Assembly: GCF_006345805.1 (NCBI RefSeq)
Contig: NC_042999.1
Span: 118,234,001-118,298,000, forward strand
Length of the DNA: 64,000 nucleotides
Direction of reading: 5' to 3'
Source of the DNA: Octopus sinensis
Taxonomy: Eukaryota
The notes under the pieces were generated by a model. That model was not told the origin of the DNA, ran no database searches, and worked only from the letters and a program-made list of their open reading frames with translations. How positions within the stretch are numbered: the first letter of the stretch is position 1; the number at the start of each line of letters is the position of its first letter. Position numbers and translations under genes: made by a program. Shown here one piece after another: positions 12,264-24,196 of the stretch.

Positions 12264-12686
12264 TAGTACTATTTATATGCCAACAGAACGTAGCAGTCCT
12301 ATAAAGGATGATGTTACTTTTGCTATAGCCCCAGGAAAGCATCGTCTCCAGCTGGCTATTGACACACTGTTTGTGTCCGTATAGCATTTGCAAGGGAGGT
12401 TATTGCTCTCATCTCTAGCCTTACATGATACTCACAGACCCGTGTTTCTAAGTGGTTACAGGCTATGTGATCATCTCACACGGAGGAGAGGTAACCACCT
12501 AGAAACCTGGGTCTGTGAGTATCGCATAAGGTTAGAGATGGGAGTGATGACCTCCTTTGCAAATGCTATATGGACACAAACTGTGTGTTGGTAGCCAGCT
12601 GGAAAATATGTTTTCCTGGGGCTATAACAACAGTAAAATCGTCCTTTATAAGACTGTCACATTTTGTTGGCATATAAACATTACTA
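12264..12686. mobile_element. Foldback/MITE-like element, almost entirely palindromic
   Basis: Arms of about 195 bp (12264-12459 and 12491-12686) are imperfect reverse complements around a 31-nt loop. Confidence 0.85.
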
Positions 12687-12845
12687 GTAGATTTTAGTTT
12701 ATCAGAAGAAGCACTGGAGCTTTTGCTATATATTTAGCTTCATCCCTAATAGCAATAACAACAGCTTCTTTTATGTTTATTAAATACATTTTTTTCTTAC
12801 ATTATTTATATTCGACTGATATTTGTCCTCATCTTGTTTGTTATT

Positions 12846-12891
12846 AACACAACGTTTCAGCTGATATATTCTCCAGCCTTCTTCAGGTGTC
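12846..12891 (-). ncRNA. Minimal type I hammerhead ribozyme motif (Penelope-type), left arm
   Basis: Minus strand reads GACAC-CUGAAGA-A-GGCUG(gagaauauau)CAGCU-GAAA-CG-UU/GUGUU. Stem I GACAC/GUGUU, stem II 5 bp, palindromic AACGUU at stem III, putative GUU cleavage triplet. Confidence 0.6.
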
Positions 12892-12947
12892 TTGGGGAAA
12901 TTTCGAACCTGGGCTCTCATTCCTAAGGCATTTTTTTGATGTTGCTG

Positions 12948-12993
<46 letters not shown>

Positions 12994-13021
12994 CATTATC
13001 ATTGTTGTTATTGTTCTGGTC

Positions 13022-13091
13022 ATTGCTTGGAATCGAACTCTGAATCTTCGGGTTAGTAGCCTGCACTCTTAACCACTATGCCATATGTCCA
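13022..13091 (-). promoter_or_regulatory. tRNA-like head with Pol III A and B boxes
   Basis: Minus strand: A box TGGCATAGTGG (13083-13073), B box GTTCGATTCC (13038-13029), anticodon-arm-like GGCT-ACT-AACCC between them. Confidence 0.75.
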
Positions 13092-13224
13092 TGGGCATAT
13101 GGCATTGTGGTTAAGCAGTGACCTGAACAATAACAACAACAATAACAAGAATAATGATAATGATAATAATAATAACATCGAAAAATACCTTAGGAATGAA
13201 AACACAGGTTCGAAATTTCCCCAA

Positions 13225-13270
13225 GACACCTGAAGAAGGCTGGAGTGTATATCAGCCGAAACATAGTGTT
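13225..13270 (+). ncRNA. Minimal type I hammerhead ribozyme motif, right arm (stem III degenerate)
   Basis: GACAC-CUGAAGA-A-GGCUG(gaguguauau)CAGCC-GAAA-CAUA-GUGUU. Stem II is perfect, but AACGUU has changed to AACAUA. Confidence 0.5.
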
Positions 13271-14268
13271 AACAACAAACAAGATGAGGACAAATATCCG
13301 TTGAATGTAATTAATGTAAATAATGTACATAATTCCTCATCTTTTAAATATAGAACTGAAAATTTTTTGTTGTTTCTGTTTTTACATTTTGTTTTTATAT
13401 TTTGCTAAATACTAGCATTGTCAGTAACTAAAACAACAACTTATATTACAAATTACTCATCATCCTTTATTTAATACCATGTCATTTTATTTGATACCAT
13501 ATCATTTTACACAAATATTATCAAGTTGCGGAAGGAATGTAGGTGGTAGAGAACTGCACTAAGTGTGTCCATACAGCCTAATTTGGTGGCTTTAAATATT
13601 GAAATCAAATATTGCTAAAATGGAATTTGGTTCACTCTTTTCTTAAGTACACACAAAAAGCATGAACTATACTAGAGCTAATTCATTTACGTCCACTTAT
13701 TTTCTTGCAGCGTGAAATGGTATGCTCGTCTTGCTATGTTTACTCATTACTAGTTACACTGCAAATAAGATGACAGTCTCGGTTTTTGTTCATTTGTTGT
13801 TAGTTTAAAATGACTTTGAGTTTTCATCAGAGAAAAGAAAAACAAAAAAACAGAGAGAAAATAAGTTAAAGTAAGTTTAACATATATGAAACACAGAGAA
13901 TATCAGAGCACACTTCATCCAATCCTCTGGGAATTATTTAAACTCTCTGAATGCTTTGTCAATCACTGACTTTAAAATGTCTAACCCATGTGCAATAGTC
14001 TGTTGCTAAGCAATTAAATTCTCTTTGGATTCTCAACCCTTTATAGATTAAATCAAAATCAGTGGAATGATGTTATGGCTGTGAGTTAAGAGGCTTGGTT
14101 TACAAGTATATAGCTTTAGATTCAATCCCACTGCATAGAACATTGGGCAAGTGTCTTCTACAAACTTACTAATACAATTTGTTTCATCATATTTTGCTTG
14201 TTGTTTAAAAATACTATTGAGACTTTTATGAAATCTTAAAAAAAAATCAAAGGAATGAAAGAAATTAA

Positions 14269-14473
14269 CCCTTTTAATACCAACCCAGCCGAAACTGCCT
14301 CTGGCTCTGTAGTGCAAATGTCTTGTTTTCATTAGTTTTGAATTAAAATCTTCCACCAAACCTTCGTCACAATTTATGATCCTAACACTAGCTTAATGAT
14401 AACTAAGTTATTTTAAAAAATTCTTCGTTATATTTAAAATTAGTATCTCAAAATAAATACAGTAATGAAATAG
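14269..14473 (-). mobile_element. piggyBac-type MITE, second copy
   Basis: Reverse complement of 6269-6488. Left TTAA intact, right flank TTGA. Confidence 0.8.
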
Positions 14474-15107
14474 TTGAAGCAGATAAGTTAGAAGGTACAT
14501 ATTATTTATTAGCTTAGATATTTTTTGGAAATGACATGGGAGTATTTCACTTGTAAGTGAAATTTTGTTGTCAGAATCTGTATGAAAATCCATTCTATCA
14601 TTATTATCATCATCAACATCATTTTACATCCAAATATACAAGCATGGACTGGACACAGTTTATTTGAGGTAGTCAGATGATCTTCTTGTCACTAACCCCC
14701 ACCTGTTTCCACATGACCAGACATGTTCTTGCAGAATATTCAAAATTAATGACACCGCTTGTATGACAATGACACTCATATACATCTGTCATGTGATGTC
14801 AAGTCCAGAAGACAGCAACACACACTCTCACATATACAAGTATACACATGTACTTACATACACACCTTCTTCTAATGTAATTTAAATCTTAAATTGTGTG
14901 ACAAATAACCAGTATTAAGATCTCCAAGTATTTTCCTATTTGTGATATTGCACCCTTCTCCCTTGATTGAAATTTGAAGTTTGGATGTTTCATATAGTAC
15001 ATGCAGTGAATAAAACAAAATACGAAAACTTGTTTCTAAGATAATTAGTTACCCCGTCTTAGTTATGTTTCATTAAGAAAAGATTATTATTATTTCTATT
15101 TAAACAC

Positions 15108-15156
15108 ATACAGGCATACATGCATGCATACATACGTACATACATACATACATACA

Positions 15157-15186
<30 letters not shown>
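15108..15186 (+). repeat. (CATA)n tetranucleotide repeat
   Basis: Direct reading. Confidence 0.95.
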
Positions 15187-15187
<1 letters not shown>

Positions 15188-17565
15188 TTGATACCAGTTC
15201 ATAAGTCAGGAAAAATGTGTACTCATATATTTGTAAATAATCAAATTATACAGTAAGATAGATCTATTTCAGCTGATCTTACAAACAGGTTTTGCATTGG
15301 TATCAGATAACCATATATTAGACAACAGAATGGTTAACTGATACCACGTGATCTTCAGAAATGGCAAGTATGAAAAATATATGGTGACTGCTCTCCATTA
15401 TTTGAGGTGAAAAAATTCTACATCTGCTTTGGGGGAATGGTGAAAAAGGATGAAGTTGTGGGAGGCTAATTAACAAGGGATAAATCAAGAGTTATGTCCT
15501 TTAGCTCAAAAGTATACCAGAAAGCTATAAGGTAACAAGAATCTGGTGGATGAAAGTATATGTAGGGACCAAAAGAATGAAAGACAAAGATTGTGGAATA
15601 TGGACACAAAGTGTAGAGCATTGAAACAACACCATGAGGCATTCTGTGCAAAATTCTAATGACAATATTTATTCAACACCAAGGAAATAAATTTATACAT
15701 ACACATTTATATTTATATAACACGTTCGAAGGAACTACTTGTTAATTGGGAGCAGCATATTTAAATCCCCAAATTTTTTCCCAGCATGACATGAGTTCTA
15801 GATTTTCCACTTTTAAATTTCTGTACATAATGTATATGTTACCTATATATGATTACCAAAATTATTATAAACCATAGGGTAATTAAAAATAGATATCACT
15901 TAAATCTTTCTCAAAAAGAAAGCATATAGATTAAAGGCCAGTCATGTTTAACAAAAATAGAAATGAAATATTTTTACCAGATTGTAAAACAAATATGAGA
16001 AAAAGGAAATTTGAGAGAAATTTCTCAAATGGAAAAGCCTTTTTAACCATTTAATTTACACAGAAATTGTTATAGTTTTTTTTTTTTTACTTACAATACA
16101 ATTCCACTGTAGTTATTTCAGACTTAGTTATTGGCAAGTTTCCATAGGCTTTCTCTTGCAGTTTTTGTTTGCTGTATAAACTTGGGGGCTTACAATTCTA
16201 TTGTATAGTTGTTCTTCCTGCTGACATTGGTTACCACTAAGGTTGTAGACAAATAACAAACAGCGTAAGGGGCCAATCTATAACCATACGATGAGCCCAT
16301 ATGTTCATAACTTCAACATAGAAAATAATAATAACCCAGAGGTCTATAAAACTTACTAGTAACTGAATTTCAAACTGTTGCAGTGGAACTGTATCAGTGA
16401 CCAGGTTTCAATGGTGCAATTAAAAATGAGACACTTCATAAAATATATAGAATGTGAATATAACAACTTTCATGTTATTAAATGGCTAAAATGGTTCTAT
16501 AATATTATGTATTTCAGTTTCAATAAACAATTTATGATCAGGTCACTTGCCAGGCAAATAAAACAATATTTGAAAAAATTTTCAGTTTACTTTGCAGTAA
16601 TAATTCTTTGTAGACAAAATCAATTTTCAGATTAATTTTGGTTTAAGATGACTATTTAAAATACTTGCATTTAATATTTTCATTTCATCCAGTTAATGTG
16701 GCAATACTTATATGTAGTTAAAGTATCATACAGTTTACAATTATTTTTACTGCATTTTTTGTCCTATATTCCTCACTTATTTCAACCAAAAATTTAAGAT
16801 AATAACTATTACGTAACTTTTAACTTAACTGCTATAAATTATTTAAGGCTTTAATTCTTTGATTCCTGTAGTTTTAACCATACTTGTAATATTATTCCTT
16901 GTTTCAGCAAATGTATTCAGTAGAGTTTTTAAACAACAAACTGTCATGAAACAGATAGTGCAAACCAGGTTATAATGAAATTTTAAATGATTTAATGGCG
17001 GTTTGTGGGTGTAATATAAAAGCTTCCATTCAATTGGTTCCTTATTTATTGCAGGTAACATTGCTAGATGTTCTTTTGCTAGCCAGGAAGGCTAAATAGA
17101 ATTACATACACTGTGTAGACAAAATTCAAAATTTAAAAGATTTTAAAATTGATAAGTAATATTCTAAATGACTTCTAAAAATAGGAAAATATTCATTGAA
17201 TGTTTAGTTAAAAATCTGAAATAAAGAAAAACTTATGTGTATATATGAATATGTGTGTGTGTGATGAAGCAGTATTATTTTGGTTGAGATAACACAACAG
17301 CTAACCAATGTTTAGAACTTTTATATTCAAATCTCAATCAAGTATTAAATGTTTTTTGTTCTCTGGTTTCCATTTGGTATCATATACATTTTGATAATTT
17401 ACTGAGAATTGAAGAAAAAAGCAGAGTTTGGTGAAGTAATTTTTTACCCCATCATGATAAATATAATCATAGCAAATCTTATAATTCACAAGTGAGCGAA
17501 ACATTAGTAAGTCATGATGTTGTAATAAAAATCATTTAAGCAAACTCACTAGCTCTTATACTGCA

Positions 17566-17615
<50 letters not shown>

Positions 17616-17618
<3 letters not shown>

Positions 17619-18065
17619 GCAAATTTATAGACGTCACTAAAGTGACAGAGAGTACAGAGTGGTACCAGCGTTGCTAGAAATAAGAGTCAAAAACGACTCA
17701 GCCACAAAATCATTATCTTAGTAAGTTGACAAGGGAGACAAAGCTCCCTACGGTTGCAGATATAGCAATATCATGTGATTTCAAATTTTGATGCAGAGCA
17801 TCATAATTCTTGTCAGTGGCTCTTACTGCACCTAGGGTTAAGCTGAACTCACCTCATCAACTTATAAGAAAAACCGTTGAAAATATGTGCTGATTTTAAA
17901 AACTGTAGAAGTAAAAACTATAAATAATATGGGTGACTTATTAGTAATTTAACAACACAAAGATAGTGCTTTTGTGGCTAATAAGTCATTTTGACTCTTA
18001 TTTCTAGCAATGCTAGTACCACTTTGTACCCTCTGTCAGTTTAGTGACATCTATAAATTTGTCTT
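17616..18065. mobile_element. MITE with about 105-bp TIRs and probable TA TSD (Tc1/mariner-like)
   Basis: TA|AAGGCAAATTTATAGACGTCACTAAAGTGACAGAG... versus ...CTGTCAGTTTAGTGACATCTATAAATTTGTCTT|TA. Abuts the (TA)n run at 17567-17615. Confidence 0.8.
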
Positions 18066-19605
18066 TAGGTTGTTAAATTGCTAATAAGCCACCAGCATTA
18101 TTCATAGTTTAAATGAAATGGTGCAGATCCTGTTCAAATCTAAGATCCCTAACTCTACTGAACTCTAGGTCAGAAATTCTCAGTGGTTGCAAGCATATGT
18201 ATAAATATATTTTGAAGATTTGCAAACTTCCGCCTTGATGTCTTGATGTCTTTCCAGGTTAATCTTTTAAGGTCTAAGGAGGACAACTCGTTTACCTTTT
18301 TACTGTATATGTTTCACATTTTAGAGTTTGTGTTTTTGTTTTCTGTTTTATACTGTTTATTATTTAATTTTTAAAGCTCGTTTTATGATATGTGGTTTGC
18401 ACCTGAAGAATATGTTTGACTATTTCTCAACATATGAAACTATTAGTAGGACTTAAATATTTGTATTGGGCACATAAAATAAATAATATTTATTTTTTAT
18501 CAGTTGAAGTACTTTAAAGTTACATTGTGGAACAGTCATTTTAACGAGTTGGTTTTATTTATTTATCATCCGATGAGATACATTTGTACCCTCGGATGCT
18601 CCTGAACCAGTTGTTGAGTGTCCCACAAGTGGAATTGATGCTAGATGTGTTGAAACAATTGTCGTGATTAATAATAAATTCTCGTATATTCCATCTTCTG
18701 TCTTTCAATTGTTATATATATATATATGTTTGTGAAAATCGAAAATAAACACAACAAAAGTCACAAGGACGTTGATGCTCAGTTTAAAATGGAAAAAAAC
18801 AGGGGATGGGTAATGTTTCAAGCATGGTACTTTGTCAGAGAGAGGAAAGAGGAATGGTCTGGTGAGAAGGAAAAAGTAGTTCAAGAAAAGCATGGGTCAG
18901 TTGGCAGAGTCATGAGAACATCATAACACCTACAAATTCAAAGGCCCACTTTGCCTTTTGCCCTTTTGTTGTTGAAAAAGTACTAACCTAGATCTGATGT
19001 AGCCTTCTAGTTGTTGCATCCTTGATGTTCTACAGGGCCAGAAGTGGAAGGACTAAAAGGGTATCCAAGTTGACATGTGATTATATCGGCAGCTGCACTA
19101 GTTGGCAAAAGCATGGTCCATAGTACACATCATATTTAATTGTAAGTGGCAAGTGTACTTTGTACACTCACACACACACACACACACACACACAGAAGCA
19201 AGCATATACAGACACATACTTATGTATATACATAGATGTGTGTGCACATATTTGTGTATGTGTATGTGTGAGGCAGGCTTCTTTTAGTTTCTGATTGATA
19301 AATCCATTGATGATGCTATTTCTCATCACTGCTGATTCTAATTGAATCCAAAACCATATGGTTGCAATGTGAACTTGTTAATAACACACCCATGCCTATC
19401 AGCTGTATCATTCTGCCACCATATTACTCTTGGTTTGGCTGGAGCTTTCCTATAAATTCTGTTTTCATGTATGCTACAGATAACTAAATCTTCATTCCTG
19501 CATTCATATGTGCCAGTTAGAATTTCTCTAAATCTAATCCCTATTGCTGGATATTTAGTTTTTCATATCTTTCTTCTCCATGGTGTCTTTTGTATTTGTG
19601 TCTGC

Positions 19606-19644
<39 letters not shown>

Positions 19645-20999
19645 GAGAGAGAGAGAGTGAGAGAGAGAAAGATCTTCATTGTCTGTTATATTAAGTTTTG
19701 AAAATGGTAGAATGAGATTAGAAGGAGATCTGGCTGCTATTTTCAGCAGATTAACTGAATATCTAGAAGTACCCTTGTTGACCAAGCTGACATATACTGA
19801 TGTCATCTTACAGCAGGAAAATATTGTTTGACAACAATACAACAGGTGAATCAGACAATATTCTCATTTGCCAGAAAACAACTCTCCCCACTCTCTCTCT
19901 CCATTACATTTGGTTTTATTTTTCAGAGGTAGTGTAAGGCATGAGCTGCTTAAAAAGGATGTGATACATGGTAGATGGTAGTACAAAGAATTAGCAGAAT
20001 ATAGGATACATATAGATACTTATAAAATCTCCATTATTATAACGATTTTTAAAATTAATATGTCAAAAAAAAAAAAAAAGAATTACCAAGCAATTTTATA
20101 TCAATTATGTAAACTGAGACTCAAAAATGCCACACTTTTAAGAAAATTATATGATGAAAATTTAAAACTTTTTACGTTTTTTAATTTCTTTTTTTTTAAG
20201 TATTTATCCACTTATTTTTTATTAATTAAATTTTTGCTATTCTTTTATGGAAATCATTTCATAATAACGAATACGTTTTGAAATAATCATCTAGTTTTTG
20301 GGTATTGTTTCAGTAACCACAGAATAAATCAAATTTTATATTATTTTTACAGATAAAGCAATGAAAACTTTTCAAAACATTTTAAATATTGATGCTTTAA
20401 TTATCTTCTTTTACTCTTTGAATTAAATATTTTAAATCAGGAAATAAGAAAACAACTTTCCTTTAGAAAAGTAAGCTACTCTTGTAGTATTTTGACTGGT
20501 AGATTTTTCTCTCAGTTACTTGCCACAATGGAATCTAAGATTGTGCAGTATTCTGCAGACATTTGGTGTAAATGAAAGCATCCTAAATTTGTATTCAGTT
20601 TAGTCCTATAAATAATATGCATTGGGAAATCACATTTCTTTTTTTCTTTGGATAAAAGATTCATATTTCACTATAGCAAAAATATATTTTCGTTTTTCCT
20701 AAGCAATCCTATAGCCCTAATCAAAAGCAATGCAGCTATTACTATGCACCTATTTTCTAAGCTGTCATAACAAAATTATTTCTCTATTATTCTACAATTA
20801 TTAGAACGAGATATTAGATACAATAATTTACAAATTATTCAAGAATTCATATATATGATCAGACATTATTTGTATATATAATCAAACATTATATTATACA
20901 TGATTTCCTTCAGTACATTAACTAATGCATTTTGAGACTTGTGACTGGTTTTTCTAACTCTTTTAATAAGAGCATACATTCATCTTAGTGAACTGTATC

Positions 21000-21560
21000 T
21001 CTAGAGTTACAGATCAATATTTGTGCTAAAGCAAGATCAAACGACAACTGCAAAGGGATTGTAGGGAAATAGTCTGATTATTTGACTGAAGTAAAATCTG
21101 TCATTTGTGAAACAAGTATTGGTAGCAAAACTTCCTTTGCAGTATGATGAGTCGGTAGTATATTGTCTGAAGTTCTTGTAAACTGGTGAATTGGGAAATG
21201 GTACTGAATGGTATTGGTATTGAAGTTTCTTTGCTGTTGGGATTTTGGCTATGATATTGATTGAGAGAAAACAATAACCAAGCAAACATCTAACACATAA
21301 ATTAACTGGCTGCATTATTAGGACAGTGGTGCAGACTAAGCGTTTGTAAACTGCCATTTGGTTCATTCTAATAAAACTTTTCCTATGTTGTCCAAGTTGA
21401 TTATATGATGGCTTTGTGTCATTGGTCTACTTAAGCAGAACAATGCCAGGAAATTCACTAACACCTTCATTGGAAAGAGGTTTATATCCTCAATCTGCTT
21501 TAATGGATTGCTTCAGTTTCAGACTTAATAAATAGCCTCTCCTTTTTATGTTGCTTAAAC
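21000..21560 (-). pseudogene. Decayed non-LTR RT N-terminal region
   Basis: Fragments across frames (NEGV..GIVLLK; IINLDNIGKVLLE; MAVYKRLV; IIAKI..AKKLQ..FRQYTTD) resemble consecutive RT motifs. Many stops and frameshifts. Confidence 0.35.
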
Positions 21561-21720
21561 TAATGCCTTGCTTTTCATAGTGAACTAGTAAGTAGTCATT
21601 CAGTCTGCTAAAACAACAGCTAAATCTCCATCAAACTACACCATTCATATGTAGTTTATGATCATGGCTGGGAAGCTTTAGTTCAGAGAACAGACTGATT
21701 AAGTCTGACCAGGGTTAAAA

Positions 21721-22078
21721 CAAATATGACTAGAACAACTGCAGCAACGTATCTTAGGGACTGAATCCAAATGTAACTCGTAAACCTACAAAGCAAATGA
21801 AAGTTAAAATTAAATCAACTCTTGAATTATAGGCAAAGTTATAGTGGATGGTTTTTACTATGGAAAGAAACTCAGTACTGTATTTCTATTACATCTTCAT
21901 AGAAAGTTATACAGCTTATAATACCTTGCCTCCCTAACAGATAATACCCACTTGTTGGAATCAACTTTTAGAGTTAAACACCTAGGTCACTCTCATAATG
22001 TCTCACCAAAGAAAAGTGACTCAATATTAAACAGTTGGTTTCTTTTCTTCTACCTTATCCATTATGTCTTTCTTATAC
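21721..22078 (+). repeat. Local duplication, copy 1
   Basis: Aligns with 24197-24578 throughout, e.g. caaatatgactagaacaactgcagcaac and ggaatcaacttttagagttaaac. Confidence 0.9.
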
Positions 22079-22081
22079 TTT

Positions 22082-22275
22082 CTTTTACTTGTTTCCATCA
22101 TTTAACTGCGACCATGCAAGAGCACTACTTTTTAGTCACAAAAAAAAAAAAAACGATCCCAGGACTTATTCTTTGTAAGCCTTGCACATATTTTATCAGT
22201 CTCTTTTGCTGAACCACTAAGTTATGGGAGACGTAAACACACCAACACCAGTTGTCAAAGCAGTGATGGGGGAAT
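22082..22275 (-). mobile_element. SINE family A, 3' half
   Basis: tcttttacttgtttc...gacttattctttgtaagcc...acaccaacaccagttgtcaa. Confidence 0.75.
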
Positions 22276-23364
22276 AATGGTACAGCCTTTTTGTTTGACC
22301 CTTCAGCCTTTCTAATATTTTGCTTGGGTGTTGGTGTACACAAATACACCAGTACAAAAGATTGTAAATAATTAAAGTAGCTGTAATAAATTTTTTTGGT
22401 ATCAAATATTGTTACAACAGAAAATGCTAGACAGAATAGTTGGCAGAATGAAGAAAGAATGATAGAGTAAAACTTAGAAAGAGAAGTGTTTTTAATAAAA
22501 AAAATAAATGAAGACCCTATTATGTATCCAAGGTCAAATTATTCATAAATCTCAAGTATGGAAACAAATTTGCACAGCCATTTTCATGTGAAAAGCAAAT
22601 ACACACACAGAGGTCTATTTTATATATAAGATAATACTTTCTATTATAGGCACAAGGCCTGAAATTTTAGGGATGTAGATTTGTCAATTATATTGACCCC
22701 AGTATCAACCTCAAAAGTCGACTTTGGCAGAATTTGAACTCCAAATGTAAAACCTGAAGGAATACCATTAAGTATTTTATTCAGTCTGCTAATAATTTTG
22801 CCAATTCAGTGCCAAGCTAAAATATAAATGTTTGATAAAATGTTATAATAATAGCATGGGATCCCAAAATAATTCATTTAGCTAAAGGATTCCAAATTTA
22901 GTTATTAAGATGATAATTTAATTTTAATTAACTTTTGTGTGTTTGATACTACATGTCGACCTGAATCATCATGAACAGATAAGGGAAGTCACTATGACAA
23001 CCTACCAAAAATAGCAGGCAAATTTCCTTTACATCACATCTTTCTACCTTAAAAAAAAATCAATACCACACTGGATAATTGTGCACTATATCTTGAAAAA
23101 CAACAGCAGAACAGTAACAGCTTGAATGCTTTTGGTTTGCTCAATCAGCACTGACCTGGGGCTAAGTAATAACCAAAACGACTCAAACCAGCATTGTCTC
23201 AGCTAATATTTATTCAGTCTGATAAATTGCATTCATAATTAATACAAAGAGTGTTTATTCTATTAATGACGCAAGTAATTAATGTAATTAATGTATTCTT
23301 TTTGTGTGCATCTCAAACACATTTTTGTCATATTTTTCATTTTTATTATTTAGTTAGAAGAAGG

Positions 23365-23760
23365 TGGTGAGCTGGCAGAATTGTTAGTGTACCAGTCAAA
23401 ATGCTTAGTGACATTTTGTCTGTCTTCATGTTCTGAGTTCAAATTCTGTTGAGGTTGACTTTGCCATTCATTTTTGGGAGGATGTACTGGAGTCAATATA
23501 ATTGACAAGTCCACCTCCCTAAAATGTCAGGCCTTGTGGCTGTAGTAGAAAGGATTATTTTCCTAGAAGAAAGGTGGTGAACTGGCAGAATCATTAGGTC
23601 ATCAGGCAAAATGCTTAGTGGTGTTTCATCTATCTTTACATTCTGAGTTCAAATTCCACTGAAGACAACTTAGCTTTTCATCCTTTCAGTACCAGTTGAA
23701 CACTAAGGTTAACTCATCCTCTAGCCACAAATTTCAGGACTTGTGCTTATAGTAGATAGA
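23365..23760 (+). mobile_element. Two tandem family B SINE copies
   Basis: Each begins ggtggtga(g/a)ctggcagaat, contains ttctgagttcaaatt, and ends caggccttgtg..agtaga. Confidence 0.8.
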
Positions 23761-24196
23761 CTTATTTAGTAAGCAGAGCTACTACTGTCTATGACCTTTG
23801 TCGGCCCTTATAAAAGAAATGGTTTGTTATCTATATGTTTATGCCTTTTCATAAAACATTAGCATGAACAGTATTTTAAGAGAAGTCGTTCTGGGATGAA
23901 ATAATTGAGAAACATGTTTAGTGATATGTATTGAGTATGAGACACAGTAAGGACTAAAACGTGGGGGGGGATACATTAGATCATCTGGTATGAAGGTGTA
24001 TGAAGCTCAGAAGTTCCAATGAGTAGAAGACTTGTAGAAAAAGAAGCAGACAGCAGAAAATGTTTATCTATGAGCCAACCAGTCATTGTAGCTGTTACTT
24101 TAGAAATCAGCCAAATAATATTCTTATTTCCTATTTATTTATTTATTTATTTATTTTTGCATTTGGCTGTGCTACAAGTAAAAAGACAGACAGGTA

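Larger units (their letters stand above)
12797..13327. mobile_element. Head-to-head palindromic dimer of a tRNA-headed, hammerhead-bearing SINE-like unit
   Basis: Symmetry axis at 13091/13092 (CCATGG). Each arm reads head, (AAT)n, then ttaggaatga..caggttcgaaatttccccaagacacCTGAAGAAggctg..cagc(c/t)GAAAc. Confidence 0.8.

Noticed and set aside
13022-13091. Bona fide tRNA gene
   Set aside because: A and B boxes are present, but no convincing acceptor stem forms and it is fused to repeat sequence. Treated as a SINE-like head.
16170-16311. Minus exon candidate YEHMGSSYGYRLAPYAVC...
   Set aside because: An alternative frame, WPLTLFVICLQP, resembles the RT motif PLSPLLFVI.L.P, and phases do not link to neighbouring candidates.
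19330-19600. Long minus frame with one in-frame TGA (possible selenocysteine or readthrough)
   Set aside because: No SECIS or homology evidence. More simply a decayed retroelement or chance in AT-rich DNA.
21037-21366. 109-aa minus ORF as a host exon
   Set aside because: All three frames are partly open and motif fragments fit a decayed RT. No good donor site.
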